Shown here in pieces: positions 1 to 7,006 of a stretch of 10,006 nt of DNA; position 1 is the first letter of the stretch, and every line of letters starts with the position of its first letter. The notes below the pieces were generated by a model. It saw only the letters and a program-made list of their open reading frames with translations. It was not told the DNA's origin and ran no database searches. The translations under genes and the position numbers were made by a program. The stretch comes from Candidatus Aegiribacteria sp. GTDB lineage: Bacteria > Fermentibacterota > Fermentibacteria > Fermentibacterales > JCC-6. The stretch lies in the NCBI GenBank assembly GCA_046498225.1, contig JAWOBF010000140.1, forward strand, positions 1 through 10,006. Direction: 5' to 3'.

Positions 1-2
1 AA

Positions 3-1043
3 TCTTACTATGAGTGCAACCAATCCGGAGTAGCCCACCCGAATACCGTAACACTGGCAGATGTCTTCCATGGTAATGATGGGCTGGAGATAGCCGCTAT
101 CTACAGGAAACAGAGTACCAGCGATCCCGCCCTTCACATACTCGGTCTCGACAACGGGTCGATCGTCGAGCTGGACTCTGAAGACCTGCCCGTACCCAGT
201 CCTTCTATATACTACCCTGGTTGGATCGTAGCCTTCGACGGGACTCAGGACGTATCGGATGAACTCTGCGTCGCCTACTCCTGGCATAATGCGACCGGAT
301 ACCACAGCGGTCTTTGGATCTACGATCATGAAGAGAGCACGAATACGGCTCAATTCATAGACAGTGAGACCTGGGAAGAGGACCAGCATATAGAGGGGAT
401 ACCGGCCATCGGAACACTACCGTCAGCAGGGCTGACCATCGCCCTGTCCCGTCTGGTGAACTATGACGATACCGTTGGCACTGATGACATATATCCTGCC
501 TGGCTACTTGATCCGGATGATATAACCCAGCACGAGGAGTGTGCTGTATCTGTTGAACCATCATATCACGTTCTATGCTGCGTCATGGCGGACTGGGATC
601 CTATAGTCCCTGGAGTGGATCGAATCCTTTCCAATGCTGAGAACCAGCGCTTTGGATGGTACTCAAACGGAGATGCTATTCAAGGTTACCCTGGAACTTA
701 CTCGACTACCAGTATGCTCCATCCTCCGTTCCCGGCGCTGGGCAATCTGGATAGTGCTGGAGTATCAGACTTCCTGGTGGCGACCAGAACTGGTACTGTG
801 ATGGCCTATGAGAATGATGGTGATCCTCTGTCGGCACTTGGCTTCCCGTACGATCTTCCCTATTCCGTTCCTGGAGGCTTTGTTGTTGCTGACATCGACA
901 ACGATGAGAAAGTGGAGGTTGTCTTCGGGACCGTGGACAATTATCTACATGTCTGGGAGCTTGGGGAATGCGAAGAGGGGTACGCCCCCTGGCCGCAGTG
1001 CCAGCACGATGCCGGGCGGACGGGTGTACTGCTTGAGGAGTAA
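3..1043 (+). CDS. 5'-partial large extracellular FG-GAP/VCBS-repeat (beta-propeller) protein
   Basis: I translated frame +3 from position 3 (SYYECNQSGVAHPNTVTLADVFHGNDGLEIAA...) with no stop before it joins the 456..1043 ORF, so the GTG at 456 is internal. It carries FG-GAP-like loops (ADVFHGNDGLEI, GNLDSAGVSDFLV, ADIDNDEKVEVV), 'GFP/GYP' inter-blade motifs and a terminal WPQCQHDAGRTG motif typical of such proteins. Confidence 0.85.
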   Translation, partial: SYYECNQSGVAHPNTVTLADVFHGNDGLEIAAIYRKQSTSDPALHILGLDNGSIVELDSEDLPVPSPSIYYPGWIVAFDGTQDVSDELCVAYSWHNATGYHSGLWIYDHEESTNTAQFIDSETWEEDQHIEGIPAIGTLPSAGLTIALSRLVNYDDTVGTDDIYPAWLLDPDDITQHEECAVSVEPSYHVLCCVMADWDPIVPGVDRILSNAENQRFGWYSNGDAIQGYPGTYSTTSMLHPPFPALGNLDSAGVSDFLVATRTGTVMAYENDGDPLSALGFPYDLPYSVPGGFVVADIDNDEKVEVVFGTVDNYLHVWELGECEEGYAPWPQCQHDAGRTGVLLEE

Positions 1044-1049
1044 AAGAAT

Positions 1050-2456
1050 ATGATCTCGACAATCATCCTGACCAGCACTATCCTGGTGACCCATGCGCCG
1101 GGATGGAGCGATCTCATCATAACCGAGGACATGTGGAGTTACATTAGTGGTCAGGATAAAACCCTGAGTGTTATAGGACAGGATACACTGCACCAGTTCT
1201 GGGACTCCTTCAACCAGGAAACCCGGATTGGCTATAAGGTTTATCTCTCGGATGGAACAGTGATCTTTCCTGAGACTATGGTCTCTGGTGATGTTTGGTC
1301 GATCAATCCCACCGCTGCGCTAATCTATGGAGATAGTGTCTCTGGCTTCTGGCGTCAGGGCGTCCCTGCATGGTATTGCATTCGGGACAGCGTTGGAGGA
1401 GAGGTGCTCCCTACCAGCCTCTTTCAATCAGACTCTTACTGCAATCGTGCCAACGTGGAGGTCGCCGTCGACAGCCTGGGTCGGATCCATGCTGCAACTG
1501 TGATCCCGGCAGGAGTATTGTACACTGTAACGGAGCCCGTATTCGGAGAGGTGTGGCGGGATACTGTTCCGGGCAGCGAGCCTGAGACGGGTGGCATCCA
1601 GGTGGACGGGAACCGGGTGCACATCATCTACCGGGAGGATTACGCCACACCCATGTACGTGCAGTACAACCTGGAGGGGAACATCACCATACCCGCTGTC
1701 ACCCTGACCACGGGATTGGCATTCCTGTATCCGCTCTTCTCGACAACGGTGGACGTGAACGGTGACGTCTGGTACTTCACCAAGGCCTCTCGAAGTTATA
1801 ACTACATAACCCTATTCAAGATCGATAGTGCTACTGGAGAGGTACTTATAAGTGACCAGGAGGTTGAAACACCGGGTGCAAGCACGAACTCCACGATCAT
1901 TCTGCCGGATCCCTCGGAAGAAAAGCTCTACCTGATGTGGATCGCTGATGACGGCAACTTCAACTACTGGGTCTATTTCGCCGTGATCGACACCAATGGT
2001 GATTTCATAGAAGAACCATATCCTGCTTACGACTATTCTGACGAGGAGGTCCAGCAGCTCTCGACACTCAGCGCTACGATCAACGAACTGGGAGATGTCT
2101 TCGCTATCTGGAGCCAGGGTGATGTAGAAGTAGGCGGTTACTGGATAGTCATGGGCTGGTTCGACCACAATTGGCTGGAGATAGCGGAAGAGGAAACAGG
2201 AACAGGTATAAATCCTCCATCCATTTCTGCTTCCTGCAATCCAATCACGGACAGCGTAAGCTTCACGGTCACGGGTGTTACAATAAATGAGCTGGAGATC
2301 TACGATATCTCCGGGCGCCTTGTGATGACCGTACCGGTCAGTAACGCTACCGCCTTCTGGGACGGCAAGGATGCTTCGGGAGAACGGCTGCCGTATGGCG
2401 TTTACCGAGTATCATGCGGGAATGTTTCAACAACGGTGACGCTGCTGGGCGAGTGA
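1050..2456 (+). CDS. Secreted acidic protein with C-terminal FlgD-Ig / T9SS type-A-like sorting domain
   Basis: 468 aa; SD GAGGAG at 1035-1040; short hydrophobic N-terminus. The C-terminal ~80 aa (CNPITDSVSF...LEIYDISGRLV...WDGKDASGERLPYGVY) match the NPF/IYDxxGRLV/WDG/GxY pattern of FlgD-Ig/Por CTD. The body is beta-rich with 'VDSLGRIH' and 'VDVNGDVW' propeller-like blades. Confidence 0.85.
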   Translation: MISTIILTSTILVTHAPGWSDLIITEDMWSYISGQDKTLSVIGQDTLHQFWDSFNQETRIGYKVYLSDGTVIFPETMVSGDVWSINPTAALIYGDSVSGFWRQGVPAWYCIRDSVGGEVLPTSLFQSDSYCNRANVEVAVDSLGRIHAATVIPAGVLYTVTEPVFGEVWRDTVPGSEPETGGIQVDGNRVHIIYREDYATPMYVQYNLEGNITIPAVTLTTGLAFLYPLFSTTVDVNGDVWYFTKASRSYNYITLFKIDSATGEVLISDQEVETPGASTNSTIILPDPSEEKLYLMWIADDGNFNYWVYFAVIDTNGDFIEEPYPAYDYSDEEVQQLSTLSATINELGDVFAIWSQGDVEVGGYWIVMGWFDHNWLEIAEEETGTGINPPSISASCNPITDSVSFTVTGVTINELEIYDISGRLVMTVPVSNATAFWDGKDASGERLPYGVYRVSCGNVSTTVTLLGE

Positions 2457-2471
2457 TGAAGAGAGGATATT

Positions 2472-2876
2472 TCATTTATTATTCCTGAGCTCCCTCTCCG
2501 TTACCACCTTATGATCCCAGTTGTCCCCCATCGCCATGATCCGCTGCTGCAATCTCTTGGGAATCTTCAAAATAGATATCCACTGGTTGACTCTCGCCCT
2601 TGAAATCCGGTGCTTCCTGGCCAGCTCCGCCTGTGTCAGCCCCTCCCTATCCATCTCAGTCTTCAGCTCCATGGCATAAATGAGAGGATTGTGGTAAGTC
2701 TTATTCTGTCTTGTATTTCGTGTCCTGGAAGGAAGCTGATAATCAATCTTGAATACAAGTCCACCGGTGGTTCGAGCAGATAGTGATTCGAGGCGCCATC
2801 CGTTCGCGGTCGGACTTAACTTCCGATATCTTACCAAATTGACAAATATTAAATAAAATCCACTACACCAAAACAT
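2472..2876 (-). CDS. Small ParB/Spo0J-like HTH DNA-binding protein (start uncertain; possibly a gene fragment)
   Basis: The C-terminal part YHNPLIYAMELKTEMDREGLTQAELARKHRISRARVNQWISILKIP...VTERELR is a clear HTH resembling the ParB central domain. The N-terminal ~20 codons are AT-rich and doubtful. An alternative ATG at 2672 has no SD. Confidence 0.65.
   Translation of the reverse strand: MFWCSGFYLIFVNLVRYRKLSPTANGWRLESLSARTTGGLVFKIDYQLPSRTRNTRQNKTYHNPLIYAMELKTEMDREGLTQAELARKHRISRARVNQWISILKIPKRLQQRIMAMGDNWDHKVVTERELRNNK
2757..2817. repeat. Imperfect inverted repeat with tRNA-3'-like motif; candidate recombinase attachment site
   Basis: AAGTCC (2757-62) pairs with GGACTT (2812-17), ACCG with CGGT, GTGG with CCAT, and TCGA (2772-75) with TCGA (2788-91). 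It contains the perfect palindrome CCACCGGTGG (2761-70) and GGTTCGA...GGCGCCA (2769-2798). Confidence 0.45.
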
Positions 2877-2989
2877 GGGGGTCCTTTTTGGGAACCCTCC
2901 ATGGAAGAGTTCGGAGAATTGAAGCTAACTGCTGTGCATGCATACCGCTGGAATTGCCTGGTGAACCTGCTCATTTCCACCGTTTCATG

Positions 2990-3019
2990 TTGACGATTGA
3001 GTTCACCGGCCAGTATTGT
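2990..3019 (+). promoter_or_regulatory. Candidate sigma70 promoter for the propeller lipoprotein gene
   Basis: TTGACG (2990-95), 18 bp spacer, TATTGT (3014-19). An alternative is TTGAAA (3024-29), 16 bp spacer, CATAAT (3046-51). Confidence 0.35.
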
Positions 3020-3040
3020 AAGCTTGAAATGACAATACTG
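3011..3040. promoter_or_regulatory. Perfect 9-bp inverted repeat (operator or hairpin candidate)
   Basis: CAGTATTGT (3011-19), 12 nt spacer, ACAATACTG (3032-40); it overlaps both candidate promoters. Confidence 0.5.
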
Positions 3041-3073
3041 AAGTGCATAATCATGTCTGGAGCTGATGACCTC

Positions 3074-4237
3074 ATGACCGGAGACAGGTTTTTATTCCGC
3101 CTTGAGAGCTCGCTGCTGTTTTTCCTTTGTCTTTCTCTCATCTCCGGCTGTGGCGGACCGCAGCCCGAAGAGAGCCCTGAAGCGGTGGACGCGGTACAGG
3201 ACACAATTGATGTGTTTCCATCGGACACGATCGGAATGCTGATGGGAGATACGAACTACGTATTCGGAACGATAACCGACGCCGTAATGCTGGATGGCGG
3301 TGAGATAGCCGTACTGGATGAAGCCGCGGCCTGCTGCAGGGTCTACGACAGCGAAGGCGACTTCATTACACAGGTCTCAAGAAGCGGGTCCGGTCCCGCT
3401 GAGCTCCTCCGGCCCGGAGGAATGGCAAGACTCTCCGACAACTCCATTCTGATACTGGATCACGCTTCGGGAGCGAAACGGTTCGCTCCGGACGGTGAGT
3501 ACATCGAATTGATGATAGACTACCAGGGGCGTGAAGTTCCCCAGTGGGCCTGGGGGGTGGACAGCATGGGATTTGTCGGAGCTGTCACCACCACGGAGCC
3601 GGCCGGGGATGAACTCATTGTAAATTTCATCGTAGCCAGGTGGGACGGGGAACCGGAGCAATCTGTGGAGTATTTCCGGAACAGCTTTCCCTACAATCCT
3701 CAGCGGATGGATGAATTCCTTACCGGGTCCTTCTTATCGGCCGCTTTTACGGCATCTCCCGAGGGGATGGTGTACATTGCCCCGACTTCGTCGGAGGAAT
3801 ACCGTGTAGATGTTTTCAACCCGGACGGGTCTCTCTACGGAACGATAGAGCGGGATATTCCCCGAGTGGAGAAGACACGGTCGGAGATAGAGGACGAAAC
3901 AGCCATGTTCACCGCCATTCTTCGGGAGCGGGGTATACCTGAAGATCATATCTTCTACGAACCCGACCCGTACCGATGGATGATACAGCCCCTTGGTCTG
4001 GGAACCGACGGCCGGGAGCGTGTCTGGGTAAGGAACAGCACTGCCGACGATGTGGTTATGGATGTCTATTCCAGGGACGGGGAACACTTCGGTGTCGTAC
4101 GCTTCAACGGTGTGACCGGTGAGGACATCGTAGATTACCTTGTCATCAAGGTGCAGACTGATCGGATACTGGTCTATTCCCTTCAGGACCTGGATTACCC
4201 CAAACTCTACGTTGTGGACATGCCGGACATTCCCTAG
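3074..4237 (+). CDS. 6-bladed beta-propeller (NHL-like) lipoprotein
   Basis: Likely start ATG 3074, with GGAG at 3059-62, gives a signal peptide with lipobox LISG|C. Blade motifs include 'VYDSEGDFITQVSRSGSGPAEL', 'VFNPDGSL' and 'DVYSRDGEH'. The ORF-track start at 2888 is probably over-extended. Confidence 0.85.
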   Translation: MTGDRFLFRLESSLLFFLCLSLISGCGGPQPEESPEAVDAVQDTIDVFPSDTIGMLMGDTNYVFGTITDAVMLDGGEIAVLDEAAACCRVYDSEGDFITQVSRSGSGPAELLRPGGMARLSDNSILILDHASGAKRFAPDGEYIELMIDYQGREVPQWAWGVDSMGFVGAVTTTEPAGDELIVNFIVARWDGEPEQSVEYFRNSFPYNPQRMDEFLTGSFLSAAFTASPEGMVYIAPTSSEEYRVDVFNPDGSLYGTIERDIPRVEKTRSEIEDETAMFTAILRERGIPEDHIFYEPDPYRWMIQPLGLGTDGRERVWVRNSTADDVVMDVYSRDGEHFGVVRFNGVTGEDIVDYLVIKVQTDRILVYSLQDLDYPKLYVVDMPDIP

Positions 4238-4391
4238 CCCGACTCCTTCAGGTATCAAGCGATGGGATGCGCGGGGTTGACCGAACTGCGATTTTTTCAT
4301 AATGGAATACTCAGTACGTGCCGCGGCCGATGCTTTCCGCTTCGGCTGAGCGGTGATCAGGGGATGATGTACTTGAATAGTGGAGGGTAAC

Positions 4392-4892
4392 ATGAAGTCT
4401 CACGTCTTCAGTATCGCGTTTGTCATTGTTTTCGTCTGCATCCAGGCCTGCGGGGAAAGCGCTGCGCCGGAGCTGTCATTCCCCAGGGACTACAGCTGGT
4501 ACGCCGACAGCTCTCTCGGATTCCGCATTGCCTATCCCAGCCACTGGGACGACAGCCATCCGAAAACCGGCTCAATGGATGATGCAATACTTGGCGGAGC
4601 ACACTTCCCCGCTATCCCGGATTCCTTCCACGTTCAGCTGGACATCACCGTGATGGGGTCCGGTTACGACCTGGAGGGCTTCCGGAGCAATTACGGCGCG
4701 GACGAAACGGAAATCGCCGGCCTTACGGCCTACGAGGCCACCAGTACTGTAATGGGTACCAGCCAGAAAATGGTAGTATTCCCCGGAAACGGCAGATACT
4801 TCTTCGTACAGTGCGTTGCCAACCCGGAGTACTTCGGTGACTATGGAGCCATATTCGACGATATTCTTGGCTCCTTCGAGATGATCGACTGA
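4392..4892 (+). CDS. PsbP/Mog1-like fold lipoprotein
   Basis: SD GGAGG at 4382-86 before ATG 4392; lipobox IQA|C. 'YADSSLGFRIAYPSHW', 'TEIAGLTAY' and the C-terminal 'FDDILGSFEM' are typical of PsbP-related proteins. Confidence 0.8.
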   Translation: MKSHVFSIAFVIVFVCIQACGESAAPELSFPRDYSWYADSSLGFRIAYPSHWDDSHPKTGSMDDAILGGAHFPAIPDSFHVQLDITVMGSGYDLEGFRSNYGADETEIAGLTAYEATSTVMGTSQKMVVFPGNGRYFFVQCVANPEYFGDYGAIFDDILGSFEMID

Positions 4893-4969
4893 CCGGCAAT
4901 TCCTGAGACAGACCGTGAATAATAAGACTGGAAGCTAAATGGCCAACGAAAGCCCATGCCGGACCAGGC

Positions 4970-5938
4970 TCAATTCCTCGAGGCGAAGTAGATGTCCGTC
5001 TCTATTATCTCCCCGGAACTGTCAGCAAAGACATGTGTGAAGTACAGATTGCCCTGGCCGTCCACCGCCGCGTCCCCTACGAAACTGGAGACTATCTCCT
5101 GAGGTTCGCTCCAGGAATCGCCGTTCCATGTGGACCTGAACAGCGCTGGGCCGGCGTAACCCAGGCCGCTCACCGTCCTGGTTATCCAAAGTTCCGTTCC
5201 GTCATGTGAAAGACAGGGCCATCCGTCATCCCATATGGAGTTCACAACAGGTCCCAGGTTTTCCGGGGCGGACCACTCTCCGCCTTCTTTCGCGCTTCTC
5301 CACAGATCGTATCCTCCATACTCCCCATATTGCGAGCTTCTGGCGTAGATGAGAGTATCGGCCCCCGGGCTGACGGTGACTTCTCCTATGTTAAATGTGG
5401 CGTTCAGCTGCTGGCCGGCGTTCCACCATGACCATGACTGGCCTTCCTGTACGCCCAGGTAGATATCGCCGTCATCCGTCCACATATCCTCCCGTATCGA
5501 GGCGAACCAGAGGGTGTCGCCGTGGAGGTCCATCGGTCCGTCCAGAGAGACAGATTCGCAGAGCAGGACTCTTTCCGGCTCACTCCACGTCCCCCCTTCC
5601 AGCTGACATTTCCAGATACCCGTGAAGCCATCCGTCAGCTGGTCCTCCGCGGGAACGGAGGCATCCGGAGTGAAGAAGAAGTAAAGGGTATTCCCGTCAT
5701 CGGATACTACCGGGGCGTCCTCCACCCCTTTGGTGTTCACCGGCCCGTCCAGCGGTACCGGGTCGGCCCATTCGGTGGAGTGGAGAACCGGAGGATACAG
5801 GTCCGTATCGGGCGTGACCTTGACGGCGTCTTCCGGTACGGCATCCTCCCTGCTCCCCGGAGGAGTTTCGCCAGCGGTTGGATTACCGCAGGCTAGCAGT
5901 GTTATCATAACCAGACAAAGGATCATCGCTCCACCCAT
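4970..5938 (-). CDS. Lipoprotein with PD40 (WD40-like/TolB-like) repeats
   Basis: Lipobox LLA|C and a purine-rich SD upstream. Repeats include 'PVNTKGVEDAPVVSDDGNTLYF', 'WSAPENLGPVVNSIWDDGWPCLSHDGTELW' and 'YGGYDLW'. Confidence 0.88.
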   Translation of the reverse strand: MGGAMILCLVMITLLACGNPTAGETPPGSREDAVPEDAVKVTPDTDLYPPVLHSTEWADPVPLDGPVNTKGVEDAPVVSDDGNTLYFFFTPDASVPAEDQLTDGFTGIWKCQLEGGTWSEPERVLLCESVSLDGPMDLHGDTLWFASIREDMWTDDGDIYLGVQEGQSWSWWNAGQQLNATFNIGEVTVSPGADTLIYARSSQYGEYGGYDLWRSAKEGGEWSAPENLGPVVNSIWDDGWPCLSHDGTELWITRTVSGLGYAGPALFRSTWNGDSWSEPQEIVSSFVGDAAVDGQGNLYFTHVFADSSGEIIETDIYFASRN

Positions 5939-5967
5939 GACGTTCCCTTCCTCTCCATCGTGTAATA

Positions 5968-5976
5968 TGGTACAAT
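5968..5976 (+). promoter_or_regulatory. Candidate extended -10 promoter (TGnTACAAT) for the diguanylate cyclase gene
   Basis: TGGTACAAT lies in the AT-richer divergent gap 5939-6037, about 60 nt upstream of ATG 6038. Confidence 0.35.
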
Positions 5977-6037
5977 TGTCAGACTGGTCGAGGCGGCCCG
6001 TGTCTGCCTGCCAGAATAGTAATATGATGGAGGCAGC

Positions 6038-7003
6038 ATGAAAGCTGAAGTAACGCCGGATGATCTGAAGGACCTCTTCATACTGAGAAGGGTCCCGGTA
6101 GAGCAGGCCCTCGAAGTCTTCGCCGGCTGTCCGGTACTTGAGCTGGACAAGGGAGAAACGCTGCTTCGGGCCGGTCAGGGCAACCAGAAGCTCTATCTCA
6201 TTCTATCGGGCAAGCTGAGTGTGCACCTGGACGACCCGCGGGGGAACCCCGTAGCGATACTTGCACCGGGAGGAACCGTGGGCGAGCTCTCGGTGATAGA
6301 TGACAGCCCTGCCACGGCGTTCGTGGTGGCCCGGTCCCCCTCTCGAATACTTGAGGTGAATGAATCGTCGTTCTGGGACCTGGTATCTGCCTCTCACGCC
6401 TTCGCCTGCAACATGCTGCTTCTGCTCGCGGAGCGGCTGCGGTCCAGCGATGACACCATAACCAGGAACATTCAGCTGCGAAGGAGGTTCGAGAAGGACG
6501 CCCTCCTGGATTCCCTTACCGGCCTGAAGAACCGCAGATGGATAGATGAGAGGCTGCCGCGGCTGCTGGACAGGCATCGGAGAAGCGGCCTGCCCCTGAG
6601 CCTTGTCATGTTCGACGTGGACTTCTTCAAGCAGTTCAACGACAGGTACGGCCATGACGCGGGAGACTCCGTGCTGTGCTCCGTCGCGAGGTCGGCCGTT
6701 GAATGCCTGCGCCCGGCGGACCTGTGCGCGAGGTACGGCGGGGAGGAGTTCGTGGTGATACTGACCGGTCTTCCCGTTGAGCTGGCGGTGAAGGTGGCCG
6801 AGAGGATAAGGGAGGCCATAGGGAGGACGGATGTGGTGACTTCCGACGGCAGAGTGCTTCCTCCGGTGAGAGTTTCCCTTGGGGTTGCCCGGGCCGGGCC
6901 CGAAGACACCGCCGCGAGTCTTCTCAAAATGGCTGATTCCGCCATGTACCGGGCAAAATCTTCGGGCCGTAACCGCACGTGCGTACATGTAGATTCCGAA
7001 TAG
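6038..7003 (+). CDS. Diguanylate cyclase with N-terminal cyclic-nucleotide-binding (cNMP/CAP) domain
   Basis: SD GGAGG before the ATG. The cNMP domain shows 'GETLLRAG..LYLILSGKL..VGELSVID'. The GGDEF domain has DSLTGLKNRR, DVDFFKQFNDRYGHDAGD, an I-site RPAD, the GGEEF motif and ADSAMYRAKSSGRN. Confidence 0.95.
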   Translation: MKAEVTPDDLKDLFILRRVPVEQALEVFAGCPVLELDKGETLLRAGQGNQKLYLILSGKLSVHLDDPRGNPVAILAPGGTVGELSVIDDSPATAFVVARSPSRILEVNESSFWDLVSASHAFACNMLLLLAERLRSSDDTITRNIQLRRRFEKDALLDSLTGLKNRRWIDERLPRLLDRHRRSGLPLSLVMFDVDFFKQFNDRYGHDAGDSVLCSVARSAVECLRPADLCARYGGEEFVVILTGLPVELAVKVAERIREAIGRTDVVTSDGRVLPPVRVSLGVARAGPEDTAASLLKMADSAMYRAKSSGRNRTCVHVDSE

Positions 7004-7006
7004 CCA

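Noticed and set aside
456..1043. Stand-alone 195-aa ORF starting at GTG 456
   Set aside because: The frame is open back to position 3, so this is the tail of a longer gene.
2720..2798. tRNA gene ending GGTTCGA...CCA
   Set aside because: The T-stem does not pair, TTCGA-to-CCA spacing is 28 rather than 23 nt, and no D or anticodon arms are evident. Kept only as an att-like candidate.
2839..2860. Promoter from perfect TTGACA at 2839-44
   Set aside because: The nearest -10-like hexamer (TAAAAT) is only 9 nt away, and none lies at 16-18 nt.
2814..2960. Integron attC (RYYYAAC = ACTTAAC at 2814-20)
   Set aside because: No matching GTTRRRY at a suitable distance, no cassette array and no integrase.
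2888..3073. N-terminal extension of the 449-aa ORF
   Set aside because: It precedes a clear lipoprotein signal peptide and overlaps promoter-like and hairpin elements; the start at 3074 is preferred.
2992..3074. Fluoride (crcB) riboswitch-like words GATTGAGTTCACC ... GCTGATGACCTC
   Set aside because: The P1 stem cannot form (GACG vs CACC), the pseudoknot has a mismatch, the spacing is long and the downstream gene is unrelated to fluoride. An Rfam covariance-model search would settle it.
6630..6675. Hypr GGDEF (cGAMP synthase) variant
   Set aside because: The guanine-selecting Asp in 'GHDAGD' is retained, consistent with an ordinary c-di-GMP cyclase.
6203..6988. 261-aa antisense ORF and other overlapping ORFs (e.g. 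3734-4393, 6472-6978, 7652-8113, 8700-9110)
   Set aside because: Shadow frames of well-supported GC-rich genes, with no recognisable motifs.
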